Source: a virus
Lineage: Duplodnaviria > Caudoviricetes
IMG/VR virus record: IMGVR_UViG_3300028027_000121
Location: 1 to 37,947 of that record
Direction: 5' to 3' (one strand)
Length of the DNA stretch: 37,947 bases
The notes beneath the pieces are model-generated. The model ran no database searches and was not told the DNA's origin. It was given only the letters and a program-made list of their open reading frames with translations. Positions 7,822 to 17,530 of this stretch are shown piece after piece. How positions within the stretch are numbered: position 1 is the stretch's first letter; each line of letters begins with the position of its first letter. Position numbers and translations under genes: made by a program.

Positions 7822-8546
7822 AAGTATTCATTGCCTACTCTGATAGGTCTTGCGTTACAGGTAAAGCCCTTAAGCTTGCACTAGAAGGAAAGAGAAAGAT
7901 AACTCCTAGGAAAGCTAAGTGTGATCTATTTATTAGATGGGGTAATACTGAGGAGTTTGCATCATTGACAAGTGTTAAACAATTAAACTCACTAGAGTCA
8001 GTTAAAAGGACTGTAAACAAATTAGAAATGCTTAGAGCTTTATCTTCTGCTAATGTACCTGTACCTTTATTTGATACAGACATTCAGCTAATTGATTCGC
8101 ATAAAGATGATACTGGTAATTTATATATAAGAAGTAAGTCTGGGATTGTTAGATATGCTAATGATTATAATCCAATCAGTGACTCTTATTATACTAAACC
8201 GATTCCTTTAAAACGTAGAGAGTATCGTGTTCATGTTTTCAATAGTAAGGTTATAGGAATTTACGAAAAGATTCCTAACACTGAGGGTAGACCAGCATTG
8301 TTCAAGTCTGATACGTGCAAGTTCGTTAGGTGTGATCCGCTAATTAGTCGCGTCGACCAGAATGCCCAAGAAATTTGCATTCAGGCTGTAAATGCCCTCG
8401 GTTTATTATGCGGGGGAGTAGATTTAATTAGAGATAAGGATAAGAACTTCTTTGTATGTGAGGTTAACTCAGCTCCAGGATTGAATAGTTCTAATATAAA
8501 AAGGTGGGTAGATGAAATCAAAAATTACTTATGTGTTTCAGTATAA
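7818..8546 (+). CDS. ATP-grasp ligase (RimK-like)
   Basis: IRWG, NKLEML, EYRVHV, GGVDL, EVNSAPG motifs. Confidence 0.88.
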   Translation: MKVFIAYSDRSCVTGKALKLALEGKRKITPRKAKCDLFIRWGNTEEFASLTSVKQLNSLESVKRTVNKLEMLRALSSANVPVPLFDTDIQLIDSHKDDTGNLYIRSKSGIVRYANDYNPISDSYYTKPIPLKRREYRVHVFNSKVIGIYEKIPNTEGRPALFKSDTCKFVRCDPLISRVDQNAQEICIQAVNALGLLCGGVDLIRDKDKNFFVCEVNSAPGLNSSNIKRWVDEIKNYLCVSV

Positions 8547-8652
8547 TACTCTTATGCGAATTGTCGGAGGTGATTATAACTTTCAAGCTGCAAAGTATTG
8601 TGAGATAGACGGAGCCTTAACTTCATTTAGACTGGAGATACGCTATGTATAA
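8512..8652 (+). CDS. 46-aa protein (not in ORF track)
   Basis: AAGGTGG SD; MKSKITYVFQYNTLM...TSFRLEIRYV; overlaps both neighbours. Confidence 0.55.
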   Translation: MKSKITYVFQYNTLMRIVGGDYNFQAAKYCEIDGALTSFRLEIRYV

Positions 8653-9184
8653 TTTATTTAGCAAGTTTGATGTTGGGATTGTTACTGATGATATAGAACC
8701 TACAGGATCAGTAGGACTGTACGATTCAAAACGAGATGTTATCATAGTAGACACTACTGTAATAAACGAGTTCCCTGTAATGCAAAAGATTATTATCTTA
8801 CATGAAATGTTTCATTCTACGTTTGTAGCAAAGAGAACAAATAGAATCGAAAGATTGCTTAAGGTTTATGGCAATGAAGCATATAAAGAAAACTCAATGG
8901 CATTCAAGATGGAAGAATGTATCGCTGAGATATGTACGATGGTTGCTTGTGCAAAGCTAGGACTACTAAACAAATATACTTCTATTGTTATTGAAGATGG
9001 TATCAGCAAGAACTATACTAACGATATGGTTATTCCATGGATGGAAGTTGTTGCGGCTGTTAAGTTCTTTTGTGATGACGATATTAGTTTTGATAAAGAA
9101 TTAGATTATGTTAAGTGTTACTTAATTTCTAAGTATGAAATGAACATAAGGAGATCATATGATAATAATTCAAACGTCGCATAA
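8645..9184 (+). CDS. zincin-like metallopeptidase
   Basis: HEMFH followed by EECIAE third-ligand motif. Confidence 0.75.
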   Translation: MYNLFSKFDVGIVTDDIEPTGSVGLYDSKRDVIIVDTTVINEFPVMQKIIILHEMFHSTFVAKRTNRIERLLKVYGNEAYKENSMAFKMEECIAEICTMVACAKLGLLNKYTSIVIEDGISKNYTNDMVIPWMEVVAAVKFFCDDDISFDKELDYVKCYLISKYEMNIRRSYDNNSNVA

Positions 9185-9311
9185 TGATTATGGAATAACT
9201 AATGGTAGGTATATTTTTGGAATATCTAACGAAAGTAATATGTTTAATCATAAAGATAGAATCTGGAGTTATCCTCGTTATGAGGCAATGTTTAAATTAA
9301 TCTTTGAATAA
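9159..9311 (+). CDS. 50-aa protein (not in ORF track)
   Basis: AAGGAG SD; MIIIQTSHNDYG...AMFKLIFE. Confidence 0.65.
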   Translation: MIIIQTSHNDYGITNGRYIFGISNESNMFNHKDRIWSYPRYEAMFKLIFE

Positions 9312-9319
9312 GGAGTAGT

Positions 9320-9721
9320 ATGTCAGTATCATCTTTGGTAACACTGATGATAGTCCATGTTGTATTCGATTGGCTTCTTCAAGATCGCGAAACTGCTAAA
9401 AACAAATCTCACAATTTCAAATACTTATTTCCTCATCTGTTTCTTATATACATTGGTCTAATGTTGTGGGGATTATTTGCCGCTAGTCTAAATCATAAAC
9501 AGACTTTTGTTTTTGCGGTTGCTAATTGTATACTACATGGTATCATTGATTGGAACATTTGGAAACTGTATGCTTACACTGTTAAGAAACGATTCAAACA
9601 TTTGGAACTGTTTACTTACTATGATGATAGATGGTTCTATAATTTCATTGCATTAGATCAATTGCTTCATGGTGTTTGCTATATAGTGTTATATAATTTA
9701 ATTCAGGGAGGTATACGATAG
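9320..9721 (+). CDS. DUF3307-like membrane protein
   Basis: HVVFDWLLQ, HGIID, DQLLH motifs with hydrophobic helices. Confidence 0.8.
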   Translation: MSVSSLVTLMIVHVVFDWLLQDRETAKNKSHNFKYLFPHLFLIYIGLMLWGLFAASLNHKQTFVFAVANCILHGIIDWNIWKLYAYTVKKRFKHLELFTYYDDRWFYNFIALDQLLHGVCYIVLYNLIQGGIR

Positions 9722-9913
9722 TAGTAATTCTTTTCGTATTAAGTATCACATTGTTTGCAGTTAGATTTCTAGGGGTTAGCCTAGCTGGTAACGTAATGTT
9801 GAAAGGGGTTTTGGTTGTAATACAGTTTGCATTGCTAACCATAGGAACCTTTCTATTTCCAGCAGTGGTTCTTTTATTGCTATTGTGTCGAAGATAATAT
9901 AAGGAGATAACAA

Positions 9914-10111
9914 ATGATCATTGCACAATTTTTAAATGACTATTCAGTTGACAACCAATGGAAAAATACATTCCTTTTCTATACCAATGATAAAAAACTA
10001 CACCGACTAGGTAGCGATCCAGACGTTAGGGCAAGTGGGTATAGGAACTTGGTTACAAATACTGATCAAACAAATAAAAATGAATTCAGATTAATCTTTA
10101 CAATGGAGTAG
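9914..10111 (+). CDS. 65-aa hypothetical protein
   Basis: AAGGAG SD; MIIAQF...EFRLIF. Confidence 0.65.
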   Translation: MIIAQFLNDYSVDNQWKNTFLFYTNDKKLHRLGSDPDVRASGYRNLVTNTDQTNKNEFRLIFTME

Positions 10112-10113
10112 AC

Positions 10114-10386
10114 ATGAATAAGCGAGACAAGATTGATTACATCCTTGCTCTCGTTAAGGAGCAGATAGACGAGTTCCTGGAACTAGAAGACCTAGCAGGT
10201 ATATCTGATCTATCAGCTTCAGAGTTAGTAGTTGCAGCAGTAGAGATTGTAACAACTAACATAGTAACTACTGTACATTACATTAGCCCAGTTGGTCAAG
10301 TAGATAGATCTAATGTTTCATTTATGATTGACGATGAACTTGAAGTACCTATCTACAGTACACAGGATGAGGAGTCAGATGATTAG
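10114..10386 (+). CDS. acidic hypothetical protein
   Basis: GGAG SD. Confidence 0.65.
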   Translation: MNKRDKIDYILALVKEQIDEFLELEDLAGISDLSASELVVAAVEIVTTNIVTTVHYISPVGQVDRSNVSFMIDDELEVPIYSTQDEESDD

Positions 10387-10618
10387 AATAAGATATACTA
10401 AGAGAGATAACGTATTAGTAAGTGGGTTGTTTACAGTAGGTCCTAACCTAGTAATCAAAGCTGTTGTATTCCCCGATCTACATGGTGAAGTCTTAGACAT
10501 ACAAGGACATACTATTGACTATGTTACTGGTAAAAATTCTAGACAAGTAAAGGATCTACTTAGACAATCTCTTATTATCCTTGGTCTCAAACTTGAGGGG
10601 GAGATTAGAAATAGATAG
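10328..10618 (+). CDS. hypothetical protein (real start probably MIRIRY)
   Basis: GAGGAG precedes the internal ATG near 10379. Confidence 0.6.
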   Translation: MTMNLKYLSTVHRMRSQMIRIRYTKRDNVLVSGLFTVGPNLVIKAVVFPDLHGEVLDIQGHTIDYVTGKNSRQVKDLLRQSLIILGLKLEGEIRNR

Positions 10619-10744
10619 AGCTATCCTTAAATGTTGAAACCATTATATGTATAATTATATATACCCTTCAAATTACCCTTGTCAAGAACTATTTTAAAAA
10701 TAATTGAAAATACTAATCATTACTAAGTCATAGCAATTACACTC

Positions 10745-11038
10745 ATGGAGATCATTATGTCAAAATCTTTATATCTAACTGATGAAGAGATTGCCCACCT
10801 TAATACGTTGTGGAATGACTTTCATGGAGACCCTATCAAGAATAACTGGGATGACAAGTGGAGAGCCTCGGACTGGTCATACGAGTACGATGATGACTGG
10901 TCACCTAATTCAAAACGTAAGAGACATGAATGGGTCCCTGTTATGTTACTGAATCATCCAGTATACGACTGTAAGTATTGTGGTGCTCACAAAGATAAAG
11001 CTAAGAGTGAGTTCTGCGATGAAGAGACTGCGTTCTAA
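10745..11038 (+). CDS. hypothetical protein with HxW...CxxC tail
   Basis: HEW and CKYCG; GGAG SD. Confidence 0.6.
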   Translation: MEIIMSKSLYLTDEEIAHLNTLWNDFHGDPIKNNWDDKWRASDWSYEYDDDWSPNSKRKRHEWVPVMLLNHPVYDCKYCGAHKDKAKSEFCDEETAF

Positions 11039-11056
11039 TAATCAATAGGAGATACC

Positions 11057-11398
11057 ATGATAGGCGAAAGAGTATTCATATACAGGAACTTACATAAGAA
11101 ATGTTATAGTGTTAAGTCACTTAAGACTGGGAGAGTTATTGCACACGTAGATAGCATTGACTTGATCGACGTTACGTTTAAGGTTAGCCAAGCTGGAAGA
11201 CAGCGGGTTCTAAATGAACGACGCAAGAACGTACACGCCGGGGTAGTAGGATACGTAGCCAACCCTATCATCAACGATCAGCCTATTGACGTTACTTATA
11301 ACCCGTATAAATATAATTCATTTGTTACAAAAGATAACGAGTTACCAATTTTCAAAGCTACTCACGCACACATTGATTTAACTGGTATTAAAATATAA
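11057..11398 (+). CDS. conserved phage protein of unknown function
   Basis: YRNLH, SQAGRQRV, KNVHAGVVG, YNPY pattern recalled from phage proteins; AGGAG SD. Confidence 0.7.
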   Translation: MIGERVFIYRNLHKKCYSVKSLKTGRVIAHVDSIDLIDVTFKVSQAGRQRVLNERRKNVHAGVVGYVANPIINDQPIDVTYNPYKYNSFVTKDNELPIFKATHAHIDLTGIKI

Positions 11399-12050
11399 AG
11401 GAGTACTTATTAAAAATCTAAACTCAGACGTAGGTAAAAGAATTAATGACTTCGATAACCTGGAAGTTCAAACTGTTCTAACATTCAACCAAGTGTTTCC
11501 CGAATGTAAGCTAAGTGGATACGAGCTACATGATGAAGTAGTTATCGGATTACCCGACGCAGGCAATACAAGAAAGATCTCAATAGGTAATGACCTTATT
11601 AAACATAAGATGTTTAGCGATATACTTTACGGAATGGATCGAGCTGAGTTCCTTCTAGATGAGACAGATAAAGAACTTGACGATATCATGGGGCATCCAG
11701 TATGATAGAAAATACTAAAGTAGCGTTTAGCTTTTCTTATACAAAAGAAAATGATGAAACAATTAGCGTCTCTCAATTAAGTGATAAAGTATTTGTAATA
11801 GATACCATGGCATCACATAGAAAACATTTAACTAATCATGTTAGAATGATGAATGAACTATTAGAACTAAATATGAGAATGAGCCAAACAACCCTAAGAG
11901 GAAGGTATTAATTATGAAACTACTTGTAATACTAATTTTGATTACTGCATGTTCAAGTCTTAGGAATGAACCAGTTAATTCAAATGACTTTGTTTTAAAT
12001 GAAAACAATTCGGCTAAGCCAATTGATTTTAATAATAGATAGGAGATTAA

Positions 12051-12443
12051 ATGAAAAAGGAACTTGTTGTATTTGTAAATTCAAATGAGGAAGGCGAGGC
12101 AATTAGAATCAGTAGAGTAGACGACGGTACAAACAAGTACATGTTACTCTCCCTAGGAAACAATCGAATGGTAGTAGATGTAGAAGAACTAATGGATGGA
12201 CTAGGTGCCATTGGGCATTACTCAACCTTATTCGATCAGGAAGAACGAATGAAAGCAATGCGGACTAAGACTCAGTCAAGTACACAACCTCCAGTAGCTA
12301 GAACTAATCCTATTCAAAAGGAAGAAGAGTTTACTTTTGTAATGGATGCACCAGTACGCACTGGACCTTCGGCTAGTGAGATCGCATTAGAAGCGCAGAC
12401 TAGACACATGCAGGGCGAAAGTTTTGTACTAAAAGAAAAGTAA
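12051..12443 (+). CDS. hypothetical protein
   Basis: AGGAG SD; 130 aa. Confidence 0.7.
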   Translation: MKKELVVFVNSNEEGEAIRISRVDDGTNKYMLLSLGNNRMVVDVEELMDGLGAIGHYSTLFDQEERMKAMRTKTQSSTQPPVARTNPIQKEEEFTFVMDAPVRTGPSASEIALEAQTRHMQGESFVLKEK

Positions 12444-12693
12444 ATAACCCTAATTGGAAAATACCCAATGAGTATATTTTTAATTGCTATCCTTATAAGT
12501 TTCGTGTTAATATTATTAAGTAGCTCAGTTTTAAAATTTTATATCGGTTTAGATAAAACAGATGAAGAATTAGGTAAATCATTTTTCTTTAATGCGGCTG
12601 TACTATTGTATCTTATTAATGTCGGGTTAATATTTATTAACAGTGCGGTATTGGTAGCTCTAGTAATTAACACTTATATTTTGTAGGAGATTA

Positions 12694-14544
12694 ATGAATA
12701 AATCGAATCGTCTATTAGCAGAACTAGTTGCTTATCGTACATACGCTAAGTACTTATCTCACGCTAGTCGAAGAGAAAGCTTAGCCGAAACAATCAATCG
12801 TAACATGACAATGCATCTTGATAAGTTCCCAACATTAAGTCGAGATATCATTAAAGCATATAAGCAAGTGCATGATTTAAAAGTTATGCCAAGTATGCGA
12901 TCTCTTCAGTTTGGAGGAGAGGCAATCACTAAGAACAACGTAAGGCTATTCAATTGTAGCTTTGCTCATATTAAATACGTCAGAGTTTTCGCTGAAGCCC
13001 TGTACTTGCTTCTGTCTGGTACAGGCTTCGGCTTCTCTGTACAAGAAAGTCACATTTCACAACTACCTAGCATCAAACTTCCTAAAGAAGAGGGAACATA
13101 CGTAGTTCATGACAGTATTGAGGGTTGGGCTGAAGCATTAAATCGATTAATGGAGGCATACTTCTATGGAGCCATCCGTCCACTGTTCGATCTTAGTCTT
13201 GTTCGCCAAAAAGGTAGCTATCTTGTAACGACAGGAGCAAAAGCCCCCGGTCCTGAACCGCTTCGACAGATGCTGAGTAAGGTAGAGACGATACTAAAGA
13301 CTTGTATTGGTAGAAAGCTTAATGATCTAGAGACTCATGACATAATTTGTTTGATTGCAGACTGTGTACTAGCTGGAGGCATACGTAGAGCAGCACTTAT
13401 TAGTCTCTTCGACCGAACTAGCAGTAGAATGTTAACTTCAAAGCATGGAAACTGGTGGGAGAAGCATCCTCATCGTGCTCGTGCTAATAATTCAGCAGTT
13501 TTGATACGTGGACAGGTAAGCATGGAAGAATTCTACCATGTATACGATCAATGTATTGCATCTAACGCAGGAGAACCAGGATTCTTTTGGACAAACAATC
13601 CGGAATGGGGAACAAACCCGTGTGCAGAGATTGGATTACAGTCTAACCAGTTTTGTAATCTAACTACCACGAACTTAACAGGAATCAAGAATGATAGAGA
13701 CTTCGACAACCGAATTTACGCAGCGAGTTTTCTTGGCACTCTACAAGCAACATATACAGACTTTCCATATCTTAGCGAAAGGTGGAAACATGTCACGGAA
13801 GACGAAGCTCTTATTGGATGCTCATTTACAGGGATTGCAGATGCAAGTAGATTATCTGGAGAGCAACTTAGAAAGGCAGCAAAAACCGTACTTGAGATCA
13901 ACGAAAAATACGCAAGAAAGCTTGGAATTAATCCCGCCGCTAGGGCGACAGCTATTAAGCCCGAAGGTACAGCAAGTTGTGTATTGGGATCAAGTTCAGG
14001 AATTCACGCACGGCACGACCAATACTATCTCAGACGAGTAAGAATGAACCGAGACGACGAACTAGCTAAGTATCTCACAAGAGTTTGTCCTGAGCTTGTA
14101 GAAGCTGATCTATTCTCTCAGACTGGAGTAGTAGTAACCATCCCACAAGAGTCACCAGCAGGGGCAGTGCTACGTAACAACGAGTCAGCTATAGAGCTAT
14201 TCGATAGAGTCAAACTATACTACGAGAACTGGGTAGTGCCTGGTCATAGGTCAGGAGTTAATACACACAACGTAAGTTGTACTATTAACTATCGGCTAGA
14301 AGAAACCGAGCTACTTAAGATCAAGCTATGGCAAGATAGAGAATCATATGCAGCAGTTGCTTTGTTACCAGCAAGCGATACAATTTACCAACAAGCTCCA
14401 TTTGAAGGATGCGACGAAGATACGTTCAAAAAGTTCGATGCAATGGTTAAAGATATAAACTTGACAAAAGTAATGGAGATGGAGGACAATACAAATCGAG
14501 CAGAGCAGCTTGCATGTGCCGGTGGAGTATGTGAAATTTTATAG
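12694..14544 (+). CDS. nrdJ: class II (adenosylcobalamin-dependent) ribonucleotide reductase, monomeric RTPR type
   Basis: FNCSF, GTGFGFS, GGIRRAALI, TNPCAEI, IKPEGT, C-terminal CAGGVCEI; no beta subunit nearby. Confidence 0.9.
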   Translation: MNKSNRLLAELVAYRTYAKYLSHASRRESLAETINRNMTMHLDKFPTLSRDIIKAYKQVHDLKVMPSMRSLQFGGEAITKNNVRLFNCSFAHIKYVRVFAEALYLLLSGTGFGFSVQESHISQLPSIKLPKEEGTYVVHDSIEGWAEALNRLMEAYFYGAIRPLFDLSLVRQKGSYLVTTGAKAPGPEPLRQMLSKVETILKTCIGRKLNDLETHDIICLIADCVLAGGIRRAALISLFDRTSSRMLTSKHGNWWEKHPHRARANNSAVLIRGQVSMEEFYHVYDQCIASNAGEPGFFWTNNPEWGTNPCAEIGLQSNQFCNLTTTNLTGIKNDRDFDNRIYAASFLGTLQATYTDFPYLSERWKHVTEDEALIGCSFTGIADASRLSGEQLRKAAKTVLEINEKYARKLGINPAARATAIKPEGTASCVLGSSSGIHARHDQYYLRRVRMNRDDELAKYLTRVCPELVEADLFSQTGVVVTIPQESPAGAVLRNNESAIELFDRVKLYYENWVVPGHRSGVNTHNVSCTINYRLEETELLKIKLWQDRESYAAVALLPASDTIYQQAPFEGCDEDTFKKFDAMVKDINLTKVMEMEDNTNRAEQLACAGGVCEIL

Positions 14545-14662
14545 GAGCCATGCGGCTGTCGTAATGGCGGCTTCATTCTAGATAATGGTTGGGTGCTTCC
14601 ACAAATACGCGGGCAGGGAAGATAAATGTATCGCGGCAGCCCTTAAATCCTAAAGGAGTATC

Positions 14663-15124
14663 ATGAATATATTTGTAACGTCTCCATGTCCAACAGAGTC
14701 AGCTAAGTTTCTAGACAATAAACGCAAGGTTAAAATGGCGCTAGAGTCTACTCAAATGTTAGCAACTGCATTAAATGTTCACGGAATTCACACAGGATAT
14801 AAGACTGCACATCTTAATCATCCTTGTTCAATCTGGGCTAGACAGTCTAAACAAAATTGGGTATGGTTGTGGGAACATGCGGTAGCTCTATGCTCAGAGT
14901 ATGAACGCATATATGGAAAACAACATGCTTGTGTTAAAATTTTATACAGCATGATAGGTAATGAAGACGTACTACCAAACATTGGATTACTACCATTTAG
15001 TAATTGTGCTAGATCAAAAGAGAAAGGCATTGACTATACTAGTATAGATGATATATATTTAGCTTATAAACTTTATCTCAATGATCGTTGGGATCAAGAT
15101 AAGCGCCAACCGGCATGGTCATAA
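14663..15124 (+). CDS. pyrimidine-dimer DNA glycosylase / endonuclease V-like family protein
   Basis: MNIF, VKMALESTQML, YKTAHLNHPCSIW motifs. Confidence 0.65.
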   Translation: MNIFVTSPCPTESAKFLDNKRKVKMALESTQMLATALNVHGIHTGYKTAHLNHPCSIWARQSKQNWVWLWEHAVALCSEYERIYGKQHACVKILYSMIGNEDVLPNIGLLPFSNCARSKEKGIDYTSIDDIYLAYKLYLNDRWDQDKRQPAWS

Positions 15125-15337
15125 TGAAAATTATATATGAGTTTGATCCTTATGAAGATAAATATGAATTAGAAGTATTTCAAAAAGCTTCATCTAATGC
15201 ATATAAATTAAATGAAATTGAAAACTATATTCGTAAATTTAAACATGATGATAGAAAAAACATTTCAATTGATGAATTAAAAGAAAGTATATATAGTATT
15301 CTTGGAGATGAAAATAATTGAAACATAATAAAATAGT

Positions 15338-15775
15338 ATGGATTTGACAAATGGAGAGAACATGGTTTTATCTTTATTGTACGGCGGTATCACTCATCAC
15401 TATCTCGCTTCTAACTTACCTTATTGCAATCGTATTGGAGGTAGCTTGTCTGGAACTATCCACAATGAATATGTTATTGGTTTAGTTGGAACAAAGGAAT
15501 ATAAGATAGGTGCAATCGCAGGAAAAGATTCTGCATGTGCAAACATAGCAGGACCAATCTCTTCTGTAAACATTACAGAGGATTTTGATTTCATAGCGGG
15601 ATTCTATAATACAAACTTTAAAGAATTCAATAAACTAAACATTGAACCACCTTCTGTACTAGGAGTTACTCCAGTCATAGGGATAGACTATAGAATTAAA
15701 TTGACAAACAATATATCTATTGATAACTTGATATCGTTTGGAATTATTACTCACTCACTAAGAGTTGACTTCTAA
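15338..15775 (+). CDS. putative small beta-barrel protein (PagP-like motifs)
   Basis: THHY, HNE, AGKDS, alternating beta pattern, C-terminal Phe; likely start 15362. Confidence 0.4.
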   Translation: MDLTNGENMVLSLLYGGITHHYLASNLPYCNRIGGSLSGTIHNEYVIGLVGTKEYKIGAIAGKDSACANIAGPISSVNITEDFDFIAGFYNTNFKEFNKLNIEPPSVLGVTPVIGIDYRIKLTNNISIDNLISFGIITHSLRVDF

Positions 15776-16178
15776 TGAAAAGATCTGAAGCACTAGAACA
15801 AATACGCAAGGTACTTGCTATGAATGGCAAGGACGATGGCAATGGAGAACTGGAAGAAGCATTGTTACATACTATAGAAACTATTGGTATGCCTCCTCCT
15901 CCAGACTACACGGAAACTTATTATTCTGCAGATGAACCAGGCGGATATCATCCTAACTTCTGGGAGGATGAGTAATGAAAAGAAGTGTAGCAATAGAGAA
16001 CATCATAAACATACTTCGGCTAACTGGTAATCACTACTGCGATGACGGTAGAGATGAGCAAGACGCTGAAAGAATACTTAAGAGAATAGAAGCTCTTGGC
16101 ATGTTGCCTCCTTTTGTAGATCAATATGAGAGCGATACAAGTTTAGATTTGATAGGGAATAGATGGGAGGAAGAATAA
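15775..16178 (+). CDS. two tandem paralogous small proteins (15775-15975, 15975-16178)
   Basis: both start MKRS, share IExxGMxPP and end WExE. Confidence 0.75.
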
Positions 16179-16179
16179 T

Positions 16180-16806
16180 ATGAAGATTACATGCATTTCT
16201 GATACTCATCAACATCATAAGAAGATCAAGATGTCTAGCACTGATATGATTATATGCGCTGGAGACTTTACATATCACGGAGAGCTAGACGAAGTAGAAA
16301 AGTTTCTTAGATGGTACGGAGAACAGAAAGCCAAGCATAAGCTTTTAGTATGTGGTAACCATGAGAAATGGATTACCCGACAAGGTGATCTACTCAAGTC
16401 ACTATGCGAGAATCAAGGCATTCAGTTGCTATGTAATTCCCATACTGTAATAGAAGGGTTTACAATCTGGGGGTCTCCCTACTCTAAGAAGTTTGGAGAC
16501 TGGGCATACGGACTAGACGAAACGGGCTTAGCTAACTTGTATGATCATATCTTACCCACGACTGATATAGTAATAACACATGGACCGGCTTACGATAGAC
16601 TTGACTGGTGTCCGAATGGTAAGGTAGGTAGCACAGCATTAGCTTACCGACTAGATCAGCTTAGCAATTTAAAGCTACATGTTACTGGACACATACATGA
16701 AAGCCGTGGTACTCTATTACGTAACGGAGTGTTAACAGTTAACGCTTCTATTTGTGGTATACCATATTCAGATGTGATTTATAATCCAATTACTGTGGAG
16801 TTATAA
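16180..16806 (+). CDS. calcineurin-like metallophosphoesterase
   Basis: SDTH, AGD, GNHE, THGP, GHIHE motifs. Confidence 0.9.
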   Translation: MKITCISDTHQHHKKIKMSSTDMIICAGDFTYHGELDEVEKFLRWYGEQKAKHKLLVCGNHEKWITRQGDLLKSLCENQGIQLLCNSHTVIEGFTIWGSPYSKKFGDWAYGLDETGLANLYDHILPTTDIVITHGPAYDRLDWCPNGKVGSTALAYRLDQLSNLKLHVTGHIHESRGTLLRNGVLTVNASICGIPYSDVIYNPITVEL

Positions 16807-17144
16807 TGTTAAGACTAGTATCTATACTTATTGTATTTTTAATTCTATCTCAATGCGTTAAAGCCTCTACTACTATTCCAACTGATAAAGTTCAACATAT
16901 TGAAGGTAAAAGATTATATGTATTATATTGTGTTAGCTGTCATAACTCTCAGCCAAGTAAACCAGGATCAATGGGTCCAGAACTTATTACTACCCCGTCA
17001 GACGTATTCAGAACAAAGGTGCCGTATGGAACTTACCCGAGCTGGTACAAGCCCAAGAGACGTACGAAAGCTATGCCGAAATTTCCTAGCTTGACAACCA
17101 AGACTGATTTGATATATAACTATATCAGGAGTACAAAGAAATGA
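16806..17144 (+). CDS. monoheme c-type cytochrome
   Basis: signal peptide ending VKA, 'GKRLYVLYCVSCH' CxxCH, GP motif, distal 'AMPKF' Met ligand. Confidence 0.8.
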   Translation: MLRLVSILIVFLILSQCVKASTTIPTDKVQHIEGKRLYVLYCVSCHNSQPSKPGSMGPELITTPSDVFRTKVPYGTYPSWYKPKRRTKAMPKFPSLTTKTDLIYNYIRSTKK

Positions 17145-17530
17145 ATATACAATATTATCATTTGAGAAAAATTAGCAAAGTTGAAACTATACTCATAATT
17201 TTTTATGAACTTGAACTATCTGCAACAGGCGGTCAAACTATTGCCATGGAAGAACTCAATGACTGGTTCATAAAAGACCTTAAGCCTGATGACTTCTTTA
17301 CAAAGTTAGTAGGTAAAGCTAGATGCTCTGATAAAGAAAACTACAATAAAAAAACAGGTCGAGAACTTTCTAAGTCAAGAATGAAACCTACTGTACTAAC
17401 TGTAGTATCTAATGAGGATCACTCAGGCACTACAGTCATAACATTAAAGGATGATACGGGGATGTTTTATCATTTAGAAAAACGACATAACCACAACAGA
17501 GTTCATCTACTAAGTTGTGAACCTAACTAA
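17141..17530 (+). CDS. hypothetical phage protein
   Basis: AGGAG SD; 129 aa. Confidence 0.65.
   Translation: MNIQYYHLRKISKVETILIIFYELELSATGGQTIAMEELNDWFIKDLKPDDFFTKLVGKARCSDKENYNKKTGRELSKSRMKPTVLTVVSNEDHSGTTVITLKDDTGMFYHLEKRHNHNRVHLLSCEPN

Noticed and set aside
11493-11705. Family A polymerase fragment (LHDEVV)
   Set aside because: A single short motif in a 70-aa ORF with no other polymerase motifs
13691-14576. Alternate-frame and antisense ORFs inside nrdJ (also inside the amidotransferase, helicase, polymerase and AAA genes)
   Set aside because: Fully nested in well-supported genes, no recognisable motifs
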